DNA of 64,000 bases from Camelus ferus (lineage: Eukaryota), in the NCBI RefSeq assembly GCF_009834535.1, contig NC_045696.1, positions 58,654,001 to 58,718,000 of the forward strand, given 5' to 3'. How positions within the stretch are numbered: the first letter of the stretch is position 1; the number at the start of each line of letters is the position of its first letter. The notes under the pieces were generated by a model. It saw nothing but the letters and a program-made list of their open reading frames with translations. It was not told where the DNA came from and did not search any database. Of the stretch, positions 40,011 through 52,069 are shown in pieces. Both the position numbers and the translations under genes were made by a program.

Positions 40011-41745
40011 GAATGATGTGAAGAACGCATCTCCCCACTGCTGCACTGCTACTGACTAGGGCTACCTCTGTCCAGCGTCCTGAAGAATCCTGCAGCCTCC
40101 CCTGGCCTAGTGGCCCCATGTCCCTGCTAGAAGGACAAAGCCTCCTACCCTGAGATGACAGCCTGACCAGGAGCCCAGTTCCCCAGAGCAGAGGCCCCAG
40201 GCAGACATCAGCAGTGGTCCTCCAGACCACTGTGGGAGCTGGGAGAAAAGGACCAAGGTGATAGGGATACCACACCCTCCTGCTCCAACCACCCTGACCT
40301 CATTCTTTGGAGGCTCCAGAAGGTCCAGTTTCTCTTGCAGGACGGCAGCGTGACCCTATCCTAGGGAAGCCCCACTACCATGTTGAAATGGAAGGCTCTT
40401 ATCCTGGTCATCTGCCAGAGATGCCAAGGGCTGCCAGGGGAGGACCCCTGGCCAAACGAAGCAACCTTGGGCTCAGGCCCCAGCGCTGACTGACTAAATG
40501 TCTTCCATTGTGTCTCTCTGTGCCTTTGTTTCCCCAAAGGTAAAATGGAGATGCTCGGCACCAACTTCACTCTATCATAGCCCAGGGTTAGTGTGCAGAT
40601 TAAAAAGGAGAGGTGAGGAATGACGTTCAGATGAAAGTGACATCAGTTACTATAAAGAGAGAAAGTTCTCTAAAGCTCTAAGGCGGCACCTTCTCTTTAG
40701 CTGTCCTCTGACTGCAAAAAGACCCGTGTTGTCAATGCCTTGTCCTACACTCATTTTCAGAGTACACTTCCCCAGTTTCTAGAAACTCAGGCTGAAATTT
40801 TCCAAGCAAAAGAGAATTCCTGGTACTGGTTATTGCCCTGTGGTCCCTGGAAAGAGCATCAGGTGCAAACATTTGCTTTCCCACATGCTTCACCCACCCA
40901 CCTGCTCACACACAGATTCCACCATCTCCAGCCGAGGGACACAGGACCACTCGGGGCACTTTACCATAGCACTTGGTCTTTTGCTGGCAGAGGTTCCGGA
41001 GTTGGAGGGTGGGGTTGATACAGAGGATGGGGTTTGGCCTGGGGGATTCATGACCCCCAGGAGGCTGAGCCTGGGCATGCTTTGGCTTCCATGGGGCAAG
41101 ACCTCCCATCAGCCCCCCTCCTGGAGGACTTCTGAGGCAGTTCTCTCTGTCTCTTTGAGATAGCACTGAGTCTCTTCATTCTGGGGACAGGGAGTCCAGT
41201 GAGTAAGAAAAGAACAAATACAGGGCAGGAGGTGAGAGGCTTCAGGCCCACAGAGCAGGCGGGTTTGCAAGAACTTTGAGAGAATCCAGGACAACATTTG
41301 TTGCCTGGGGGGAGGGCGGGGAAGTGGGGGCGATGGGAAGGGGGAGAGAAGGTGTGAGGAGAGAGTGGGTGAGGCAGACAATGGCGGCTGTCAGGAGAGG
41401 CTCCTGTGACAGCACAGAGCGCGGGGAGGGCTAGTGGGTGAGGGTGAGGTCGCCTCAGGGGGCTCAGAGCGAGAGGTAGGTAACTGCAAAGTTGAGAGGC
41501 CCAACCGGCGCCCCCAGGTCTCAGCCAGCTTCTTATCAGACTTTGTCCAAACAGCAGAGAGACTCCAGCCTAAAAGGGTTTCCAAAATTGCATTTCTGTT
41601 TCCTGGGAAGTATCTCACTGCAGGTCTCTACATCAGCTTGAACAGCTGATCCTCATTTTTGCAGAAGTGGAAAGTGAGACTGAAAGGAGAAACTAGCTCA
41701 TCCCAAGGATACACAGATGAAATATCAAATATCAACGCAGGGCCA

Positions 41746-41840
41746 GTATGACTGAAGCATTATGCTGCACACCAGAAATTGACACAACATTGTAAACTGA
41801 CTGTACTTCAATTAAAAAATAAATAAATAATAAAATAATA
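41746..41840 (+). mobile_element. Very short 5'-truncated cetartiodactyl-type L1 3' end
   Basis: gtatgactgaagcattatgctgcacaccagaaattgacacaacattgtaaactgactgtacttcaattaaaaaataaat; same terminus as the 23.7 kb and 61 kb copies. Confidence 0.8.
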
Positions 41841-43097
41841 CCAGTTTTTTAAAAATGCAGGGTAAGAACACAAATTGAGGTCCTTTTAACCCCCAAGGAC
41901 ACAGTCAGACATCTCTGGGTCTGAATTTCCCCTCCCGGCAAGAGGCCAGACTCTCCTAGTTAGGACTGCTTTCCTAATTAGAAGTAATGAGGGAACACCC
42001 CTCACCTGTCTTCTCAGAAACAGTGAGTCCAGGTCTGAGCACATTTTGGTCTCTCAGGAAAACATAATCCAGAGAAATCCCAGTTACAACTACCAATGTC
42101 TCAGTATGGTTATTAACCACAAACATTTACAGGGAACCACGTAAATGGGGAACAAGCCGAGGAGAGGCGAGTGGGAAAACGATGACCCTACCTCTGCCCT
42201 CAGCTGGATTCCAGTCACGTCAGGCAAAGCCGAGCTCTGAGCAGCCAGCATCTGGGGGATTGTGATCCTGGGTCCCAGAGAGGGGAATGTGGAAAGAAGA
42301 GGTGAGACCTAGGTGGGCTTTGTCAGTTCACTTACCAACCTAAACCAGGGGTGGCAAACTGCCCCCGCCTTCCCTCTTTATAAACACAGGCATTGATGGC
42401 CTCCTCTCTTGGAGTCAGAATGCCCCATAGGGACCTGCCTCCCCACAATCAGGGTGGGCACACACCACAATGCCAGGCCTAGGGCACCACCACAAGCCCT
42501 CCGCAGATCCCACCACTCCCCAACAAGAAATGCAAACAGAATAGTGCCCCCTCCCCTGGTGCTTCACCTCTACCCATGCCTCCATCTCCTCCTCTGTGAA
42601 ATGGGGACACTCTCTAGGTTGGCATGAGGATTAAATGAGTTACTATATCAAAGTGCTAACAGTGCTAACAAACATTGTTGCCAACATTACCACCACCTGA
42701 GAAAGGGCTGGAAAGCAGTGGGCCCCAGAATCATGTCACCTCTTGCTCAAATCCTGCAACAGCTCTCATCCCACTCAGAGTAAAAGGAAGAACCAAGTAA
42801 TGATGGCAGTCTTTGGCCCCTTACAGTCTGCACTCTTTCTTTCCCTCACTGGTCAGTACGTGTCCAAGGTCCTTCCCTTTGCTCCCTCTGCTCCAGCCAA
42901 CTGGCCACCAGGCACATATTGACCCCAGGGCCTTTGCTCTGGCTATTCCCTCTGCACAGGATACTCTTACTCCAGATATCCTTCCCCAAACAGGGGACCA
43001 AACATCCTTTTCATGCCAGAAAAGTCCTCTAAAATCATATCTATCCTTTGGTCCCCAAGCTAGACTGCATTTAATTCAGCCTTTAAAAAAGCATGGG

Positions 43098-43672
43098 GTG
43101 TTGGTGAGGATGTGGAGAAACTGGAACCCTTGGTGTTTTTGGTTGGTGGGAATGTAAAAAAGCATAGCTACTGTGGAAAACATATGTGGTTCCCCAAAAA
43201 ATTAAACATAGAATTAGTATCTAATCCAGCAATTCAGCCTCTGAGTATAAACCCCAAAGTACTGAAAGCAGGGACTCAGATGTTTGTACACCCACGTTCA
43301 CAGCAGCATTATTCACAAAAGCCAAAAGGTGGAGACAAAGCAAATGCCCATGGATAGATGAATGGATAAACAAAATACAGTATATGCATAATGCAATATT
43401 ATTCACCCTTAAAAAGGAAAGAAATTCTGATACACGCTGCAACATGGATGAACCTTGAGGATATTACGCTAAGTGAACTAAGGCAGACACAAAAGGACAA
43501 GTCTTGTATGATTCAACTTACATGAGGCACCTAAAATAGCAGAATTCATAAAGACAGAAAGTAGAATAATGGTTACCGGGGCTGGCGGAGGGAGGAATGG
43601 GGAGTTACTGTTTAATAGGTACATAGTTTTTGTTTAGTATGGAAAAGGGTCTGGAAATGGATGGGGGAAATG
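43098..43672 (+). mobile_element. L1MB-like 3' end
   Basis: gtgttggtgaggatgtggagaaactggaaccc...aaagcagggactcagatgtttgtacacc...aacatggatgaaccttgagg; homologous to 7482-8172. Confidence 0.88.
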
Positions 43673-44189
43673 GGTTTTAGCAAAGCCAAGGCAGAGGCAG
43701 GCATGGCCACGGTGTGTCACAAGAAGGAAAGGCAGGGGCCTCTGACCCCCGCAGCCCAGCCCAGCAGCTGCCCCACCGCCGCTGCAGGGGTGTGAAGTGG
43801 GTCAGCGCCGCCCTGGCACTCGGGCAAGCTCGCAGGCCCACTGCTGGCTCTCCTGGGCCTTACCAGCCACTGGTCAAGGCCTAGAGGGAAGAGAGTCTCT
43901 TGGTCTCCGGGGGAGTTTTCGATGCTCACAGCTCTGCCCCAATGCCAGGGTTGGGTGGGGTGGGGTAGGGCGGGGCTGCCCTGCTGAGCTCCAGGCTCCC
44001 ACCTTCCGGAGATGGATGAGCTCCTCCGGGAGAGGAAAGCCAGATGGAAAAGTGCCCGCCCACGGGGCTAATTTTAGGCTCCACAGCAGCACGGCAAGCC
44101 CTCCCCCCCAACACTGTGCAGAGGGCCCTCTGAAAGTCAGCTAAGGAGGTTTACACTACGCGGCCACCCAGAAGGGCGAGAAAATACAG

Positions 44190-44269
44190 GCACACACACG
44201 CATGCACCCGTGCACATGCACATGCATCCACAGACACGCACACTCGCTTGTGTGCGTGCACGCACACAC
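44190..44269. repeat. Degenerate (CA/CG/TG)n purine-pyrimidine tract
   Basis: gcacacacacgcatgcacccgtgcacatgcacatgcatccacagacacgcacac...tgtgtgcgtgcacgcacacac. Confidence 0.75.
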
Positions 44270-45557
44270 CCTTCCTCCCGGCAGGCCTCGTGACTGCTCC
44301 TTCCTGCCCTGTAAGAGGGAGGGAATCCATCAGTACTTTACTCCCTGCAGCTCTGAACCCAGTAAGGCCCCACCAAATGTTATTAACCACGTGACCTTAT
44401 GACCCCGGGTCAGAGGGCCTGAGGTGGCTCTGTCCCAGGAAAATACCCTGAGGGAGATTTAATAATAAACAGCCTGCAGCCCACAGCTGCAGATGGGACC
44501 AGCTGTCTCCTCTGAGAACAGAGCAGGATGGCTCAACAGTACACATTATCAAGGAATTTGCTTGGACTTGAGGATGAACCTTCCAACCAAGGGAAATCTA
44601 AAATATGGAGTCACAGAGTCTGGTCCCGGAGCATGACTGCGTCACAGGAGGCTGCCTCTTCCCCTGGGTGGGATCTAGTGTGGCCCACCTATGGACCCAG
44701 AGGTGGCTTAGGTGGCCTTCGGAGCCCTTGACCACACCGGCTCTTATGTGCACCACCATTAGCTGAACCCTTCCGACACATGACGGCGGGCTCAGAGATG
44801 TTGAGAGCTTTCCCCCAGGGCACACAGTGGGTAAAGGCTGGAGCTGGGACTTGAAGCCAGGTGTGTCCTTGCAAAGTCTGTCCACTGTCCAGGTGCACTG
44901 CCCTTTCTTTGACCCCAGAACCAAGTTCCAGGGGCCATTTAAATTCACTGCCCAAGAAATTGCTCCTTCTTTGCCCACTCCCCATTAAAGTCACAGGAAC
45001 TCGCCCAAGGCCAGAGGGCACCTCTTTCTCCCAACCTCCCACTCTGATGCTCAGCTCTGGGACAGTTTCTAAGCCCCAACTTTTCTAATTTGCAAAGCGC
45101 AGAAGTCACTAGCACCACCTCGGTCCCCTTGCTGCTCTTGAAGCCACCCCTCCTTCTGTGACCCTCAGTTCAGGACTTCAAGGATGCAAGCACCAAGTGT
45201 AGGACCAGCCCTTCAGTCTCCTTTAAGTCCCTGGGACCCCTCCCTAGTCCTCGAAGTCATAATATTTACAGGGAACACTGCAAAGCCAGCCACCCAGCAG
45301 CTCTGCCTGGCTGGCAAGTTACTGCAAACAGCAGATGTCTCTGAACAATGTGAACACAGCCCCCTCTCCTTATGCTCTGCACCCCACCACACCCCCAGTA
45401 AACAAACAAGCAAGCAAGACGCTGGAGCCAAGCCAGCCGCCCTTCCTGCAGAGGTCACCCTGGAACCTGCCTTGCACTCCACTTGAGAGCACATCCTTCT
45501 AGGGGCAAAAAATGTCCATCGCAGACATACACACACTCACGACCAGGGCTATAATCT

Positions 45558-45560
<3 letters not shown>

Positions 45561-45592
<32 letters not shown>

Positions 45593-45608
45593 AGAGACAG
45601 AGAGAGAG
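45561..45608. repeat. (TG)14 microsatellite followed by short (GA)n
   Basis: Seen directly. Confidence 0.92.
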
Positions 45609-47149
45609 GCAGGGGGTTGGGGGGAGGAATGGAGAAAGGAGAGAGAGGGAATGTCAATTGAGCCAAAAGGCTTATTTTATTAAAACCTTTTATAAATAAG
45701 TCCCACTCAACCCCAGCCAGACATGCAGTGTCAGTGCCAGAAATCATGACTCCTCCACTTTCTAAAGAGCTAGCTGGTGAGACAGAGGTGTGCACAGGGT
45801 GGGAGGGGAGACCTGCCAATGTTTTGTCAGGGCCACGAGTTCCAGAGAGAAGGACGCCCACAGGATCTTAGCTCCCACCCCAGCCTCTCAACTTACGGGC
45901 ACATGGCCGATGATGCCCCAGCTCTCTCCCCAGGGTGCCTTCTGGATGGAACTAAAGAGCATCCAGGACAGGACTGTCTTCGCTTCAGGAGACCCTCTGT
46001 TCTGATTTGCCCAGGACGGTCCTGGTTTATGCCTGATTGTTCTGGAGCAATTATTCACAGGGCTCCCTTCCCTTTCACTGCCAAAAGCATCCTGGTTTTG
46101 ATGCTAAATTAAAGGTCACCGTCCTCTGAACCCCCAGGACTCCTGAGCCCTGGGCCAAGTCTGCCACCAAGGGGGCACCCCACTCCTCTTGGGCAGTTTC
46201 AAGTTCCTTCAAGAAACATCCCTGACCAGCTTCCTTTACTTTCCGGGCTATGGAAACTTCCTTCCCACACTGCCTGCCAGCCACCCACGCCTGTGACTTC
46301 TAGAAGGAGCCCAGCTGGGTCTTCTCAACACCACACAAGTGACCAGAGGTCATGAGCCAGCAGAAAATGGTCACTCCAGAAGAGAGAAGGGAGGCAGCCA
46401 GAAGTGTCACCCAGCACTGCTTGTGGACGCATTAAGATCCATGAGCAATCACTGTGTCTTCAAGAGAAACAGATACTCCCTCAAGCTCTAGTCTGTTCAT
46501 TCTTTTATTCCTTCCTCCCTTCATTCATTCAACAAAAACTAATTAAACATCAACCAGGCTCAAGGCTGTGTCCTAAAGCCAATGGAACCAGAACCCACAA
46601 AATTAAAATGTATCTACAACAGAGAGTTAGATGGAGCGACACATGCACATACAGGCATATACAGATTTAGCTATTTGTGCCTGTGGGTTGTGAGCTATCC
46701 CAGGAATAATCTGAAAATCACTGGAATCAGGCTTTGAAATGCATTACGTAATTTTTCCCCCATACATTTACGTCCTTGGTGATGTTTCAGCCCATGTGAT
46801 GTTACATTATTACAAATGAGCCTGGATTCTGAGACCTTTTCTACATTCTCAGAAAATGGATTTGGAGAACCTAGCCGGGGGGACAAATCAATTTGGCCAA
46901 ACTTATCAAACTGGAAATATGTATTAATTGCTCAGGATGTGAGTAGCATGCAGGAGGCTGTGGATAAACCACATGGAAAATATGAGGTGAGAATAAAAAA
47001 AATATGCAAATCAAACAGCCTGCCTCTTGCTAAGGAAGATACTCATCTCGGCCCAGCCCGGCCACAAACATGGGACATTCAAACCAAATGACACAGTAAA
47101 CTCTCTTAAAAAGGCCTATTAGCAGATGCAAGAGAGAATTTATCTTCAT

Positions 47150-48130
47150 ACAACATTAATTAGAGAAACATGTACTGAGGCAATGGCAGGCCAGGCACTC
47201 TGCTAATGCTGGAGAAATCAGCAATAAATAAGGCCCATTTGGGATCTTGAGACACACCCAGCCTAGGGAGAGAAAGCTAAATAAAACCAGGAGGGCACAA
47301 CAGCAGGGTGATTGTGATCACAGAGGGGACTCAAGGAAGGAAGGAAAGAGCCCATTCCCGCATGTTGGGGCATAGCCCAGGAAGGCTTCCTGGAGGAGGT
47401 GATGCTTGACTTGGGTTCTGGAATGCAGATGAGTAGCAACAGAGTGGGAAGCAGTTGGAGGGACTGAAAGCCTTCCAAGAAAGCTTGGAGAGCCAGCTGT
47501 GCAGGCATATAGGGCAGATGGGGGGAAGCCAACATGCAGAGCCAGAATGGCCTGGAAGCAATGTGCTCAGTCCTGAGTTATGGAAATGTGGCATTACAGC
47601 TGTGTGGCAGGTGTGCCAAAGAAGGAAAGAGCTGGCCGAGTCAGGGGGCCCAATTAAAAGGCTGTTGCAATGGGGTAGATGACAGATGATGAAGGCGAAC
47701 CAGGGCAGAATGGGAGGGGATGTGGGAGGTGGAGGAATGGAGAGGGAGTTTCAGAGCAAAACCATCAGCACCAGATGACCAGTGGAAAGTGGGGGGTGAG
47801 GATAGGGAGTTGTCCAGAATGACTCCCAGTTTTTAACTGAGCAACAGAGGGATGCCAGAAAACAAGATGGGGAAGAGAGGTGGAAGAGAAGCTGGCCTTG
47901 CTGGGGACGGTGGGGTGGATGAACCAGGCAGTGCACAAGACAGGCTTGAGGCGCCCCAGGGACAAACAGCCTGGGAATAACAGACAGCTGGAAATCTGCG
48001 AGTGGGTCTTCGGAGAAATCTGGGCCAAAGGACAGATATGGGGAACAATTAAACTAATCACAGAGGTGGACAAGATCAGCCAGAAAAAGAGAGCCCAACA
48101 TGGAGCCTGGGGAACACTTCAGGGCTTACG
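47150..48130 (-). mobile_element. Degenerate L2 LINE
   Basis: tactgaggcaatggcaggccaggcactctgctaatgctggaga...caggaaggcttcctggaggaggtgatgcttgacttggg...agaatgactcccagtttttaactgagcaac. Confidence 0.6.
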
Positions 48131-51039
48131 GAGGAAGGAAGGGACCGGAGGCCAAGACAGGCGATGGAGCGGGAGCAGCCAGAGAGCAGAACAAGGGGTG
48201 TCAGGAGGTCAGCAGGGCCGGGTTGCCGAGGGGCAGGAGACCAGCGGCTGGGGAGGTTCGACCACGTGGCAGCCAGGAGACCCCGACCTATGCAGCAAGG
48301 GCTGCTTTCTTCATGGAGGGGTTGGTGAGTTGAGGGAGACATGTGAGCTGAGGACTACCCTGTCCAGAGGGCTAGTGGCGACAGAGAGGAAAGAGAACTT
48401 AAGAGATGGAGGCAGGCCCAGGAGAGACTGTGGATGGGTTTGTACCTGGGAGAACCTGGGTCCTCGCTCAGCATCTGTGGGAGGAGAGGCTGAAGGACAG
48501 CCAGTAGTGATGGAGGGAGGGGCCCAAAGGGGCAGAGTAGAGGCCAGGCCAGTGGAGGGAACACCCTGGAAAGGAGAAGGTCTGGGCTGGCTCTGAGAGG
48601 CTGGGAAGGGTACCCAGGAGGTCAGCTGAGACAGGGAGGGACAAGGGTTGAGGGGTCCTCAGTGAGGCAGGAAGTTCATCTTCAGTGAGAGCCTGGTAGG
48701 GACACAGGACAGGAAGCCAGAGAGAGACAGTGGTGAGGACTCCAGCTGGTCACTCTGGGGAGGAAAATACGAAGAAAGCTACGAACCTCACTGGAAAATC
48801 CTTGCAAGGACTTCTGGTCCTGGAGGAGAAGGGAACTGGTTCAGAAAAATTAGAAACACAGCTTAAAGAGTTACCTTAGGGCTAAAAGTTACAGTCCTGT
48901 CCCTAAATCTTTCAGTCTCTTTCCCCCAGTACCAATAGGGTCCCCTTGCACATGGAAAGTTTTCACAAGAGAGAGCTAACCACCCCCACCCCCACCACAC
49001 ACACACTCCCTGCACACCACAGCCAGCAATTCCTGGTCCCACATCTGTTTCTTGCTCTTGGTGATGCCCCCAGGAGAGCACCGCATGCAGAGAAGCATGT
49101 GACAAACAGATGAGAAGGACACTAACCCCGAGGTTAGAAAAACCTATCACTTTCCCCCTCGCTGACCACAGGGTCAATCAACTCTCCCAGAATAAGTGCT
49201 TCTCTGTCCGTGGCTCGGAGCAAGATAAATTCCAGGGTGAAGGGAATATGATCAAGACCTAATTGAATGGAGAGTACACAGATGTCCAAAATGGTCCTCG
49301 TCCTTCCTCAGGAGCACGGCTGAGATATAATGGGGCAGAGCTATGGGAAGGGTCTGGGGAGTGCTCCTGCACACGGCTGGGTACCAGGGCAGAGCAGGTG
49401 GCCCCAGGTGATGGGGGTGAGGGTGGCAGCCAATCCCTGGGCCATCAAGATTCCAGCTTTGGTCTCGGGCTGGGAAGTTGGACAGACACTTTGAGCCACC
49501 AGCTCAGAAAACAGACCCCATTCCCTGCTACTCCTCCCCAGCAGACACAGCTCATAGCCAACCTGACTCTCCTTGCAGCTTGTGCAAAAAGGGGGAGAGA
49601 AGAGGGAGCTGGTGGTCCCTGAAGGCTGCAGTTGTGGCAGATACAGAGCAGTCTTCAGAATCTGCTTGATCACCCAGTTCAGCATCAGTCTTGTGCTTCC
49701 TCTCCCACTGCACCTTCAAGCTCATTTCCTTCCCGTGCACGCTGCTAGAATGAGACACAGAGGGCCAGCCTCTCAGTGAGGCCTGGCTAGCAAGGGCTCC
49801 GTCTGAGGCTTGCATAGGTGGTCTCAGGAGCCCAAATCTCCCTAAATGGTACATTTCCCTGCAGGGAGGTTAACAGCTTTCCTGGGATTTTCAGAGGGGC
49901 TGAGACACAAAGGAGAATAAAAAGTTGCTTTAGAGAATTGAGGTGCTGTGAAGTAAGGAACGAGGGCTGGGCTTAGACCCCTGTGGATGTGGATGAAGCA
50001 CCCTCCTCATAATTCCCTGGTGGTCCTGGGCCATTAAGGCTAGGCCACCCAGTCACACACTTGGCATGGACTTGTCCTGCTCCTCTCCCCTTCACCTGCT
50101 CAGGACAGCAAGCTGGAAGTTGTACCCATGAGGGTTCACCTCTATGGTCTTCCCCTAAAATCTCCACCTGAGAAGAGAGTATTTGTTCAACCTTCAACCT
50201 TGTGCTACACTCTTGGGGGCGTGAGGGGAGCATTTCCAGGTTTCTCTCCTCCCCTGAATGACTTTGGAAACCAGAAGTAAACACTAAGACTCAGTGTGCT
50301 GATCCGGCTTTGGGTGGGGGGCCAGTGCACTTCCCACCCACCCCTCCGGGGGTTTGAGGGCCGCCCAGTGCACCTGCACACAAGGACCAGCTGCCCAAAC
50401 AGACTGGCCGGGGTGCCCGGAAGCTGGAAGGAAGTGCAGGCGTGCTGATCCCTCCAGGTGGGTGGGATGGGAGGAGATGGACGGGAAAGGAAGGGAAAGT
50501 GTGTGGGTCTGAGTTGAGAAAAGTGAGCTACATTCTGAGCCTTTCGAAGCACGTGCCATCCCTGAGGCCGCTGGGCCGCTAAACTAGGCCAAACCCACCC
50601 TTCCCAGATGGTTAAGCGGGGCCACTGCCTGATGACCACAGACTGTCTAAACACTTCCAGATGCCCTTGAGTGCCGTGCAGGGGACAGCAAGTGCAGCTC
50701 GGACAAAACAAAGTGAAAGATCATCTCTTGGGAAAGAGAAGCTATAAATTACAATTATGACTTCCCATCCAAAAGGAGGGAGAGACTCCAGGGCTGAGGA
50801 TTGAGGGCAGACGATGAATATGTCCTTCCTGGCAGGCAGACCCCACCCAGCCAGGAAGCTGAGAAGCAGCAACACTCTTGGGGCCATCTCTGGTCTCCTT
50901 GCTCCAGCCCAGCCCCCACCGTCTCCCCTTCCCAAGGTCCAAATGCCACAGGATGGAAACAACCAAAATAGCCTCACCCTGTGAAATGTGTTGAATCGTT
51001 TCCAGGGCCCAGGGCTCCTATTAACTCACAGTGGTGACA

Positions 51040-51145
51040 CAGGCAGTCCCTCGGGCTTTGGCACAACCTCTCATTGCACAACTCCAGGGGGCGCCACTCA
51101 TAACACAGATACGTATGCACAGCTCTCTCTGTAGCTAGGGGCTGT
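51040..51145. mobile_element. MER91-like (hAT-Tip100) fragment carrying a CTCF-type motif
   Basis: ttgcacaactccagggggcgccactca matches the recalled MER91 core TGCACAACTCCAGGGGGCGCCATTCA. Confidence 0.6.
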
Positions 51146-52007
51146 CGCTAATGGGTGGCCAGGTCCTGGGGTGGCGAGTCCCGCTACAATCGGCTCTCCT
51201 AGTCATCTGCTCGCAGACAAGAAGCCATCCCTTTAGGGGCTGCTGGCCCTGACAGTGTCATCTCTGCTCTCAGGGGCACACGCAGTCCCCGCCATGGCCT
51301 CTGGCATGGCTCCCCCATCAGACCGGGACTCTGAGGCTAAGGTCAGGGCCATAGGCTTGCAGAAGCCTCGGAAGCGAAGCCCCTTCTCCAGCTAGTGCCT
51401 CCTCCTGCATCTGATTTACTTTACGTAATTAAGAAAGATGCGCTACATAGTGGCAAGGGTGAGGGAAGCATGTTACGGAACAGTATATCTTGTATTACAG
51501 CAATTTCAGTTTTCAGTGATTAGGAGGAAATCTCAAAATGTGGAATTCAGGGTGGTTTTACATTTTCTCCTTTATGCTTTTTTTTTTAAATCTTCCAGAT
51601 TTCTTCAAAGGATATATATAGCTTTTATGATCAGAGTAAGAGGGCTCTGCATGCAGTCAAGATTTGTTTTTCCTCAGAGAAATCTTGAGTGGAAAATTCT
51701 GTGAGTTCCAGGTAAGACAAAACCCGCTGGGATTTTAGAAAGTCTGAGGAATGGTGGCGACGGGCTGGTGTCTGCAGGTATCACAGGTGAGGACGTGGCT
51801 CCTGGAGATTCTCATAAACAATAGAGTTAGAGAGACCAATAAACCGTTTCCAACTCTCTCAGCTCATGACTGGCGGCCTGAGGCCTGGGCCCAGAGGACA
51901 TGAGGCTGGCCTAGGTCAGTTAACCTAGAGGCCCTGGAGTCTGAACCCAGGCCTCTGGACCCACAGGCAGAGGACACTGTTGTTACCCTGCTCTGCATCT
52001 CTATCTG

Positions 52008-52008
<1 letters not shown>

Positions 52009-52041
<33 letters not shown>

Positions 52042-52069
52042 ATGTGTGTGTGCGTGCGCGCATGTGTGT
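52009..52069. repeat. (CA)14-CGTA-(TG)n compound alternating purine-pyrimidine repeat
   Basis: Seen directly; alternation is unbroken for about 61 bp. Confidence 0.92.

Noticed and set aside
47880..48596. 238-aa plus-strand ORF
   Set aside because: GTG start in purine-rich degenerate L2 sequence, G/R/E-biased, with no recognisable domain.
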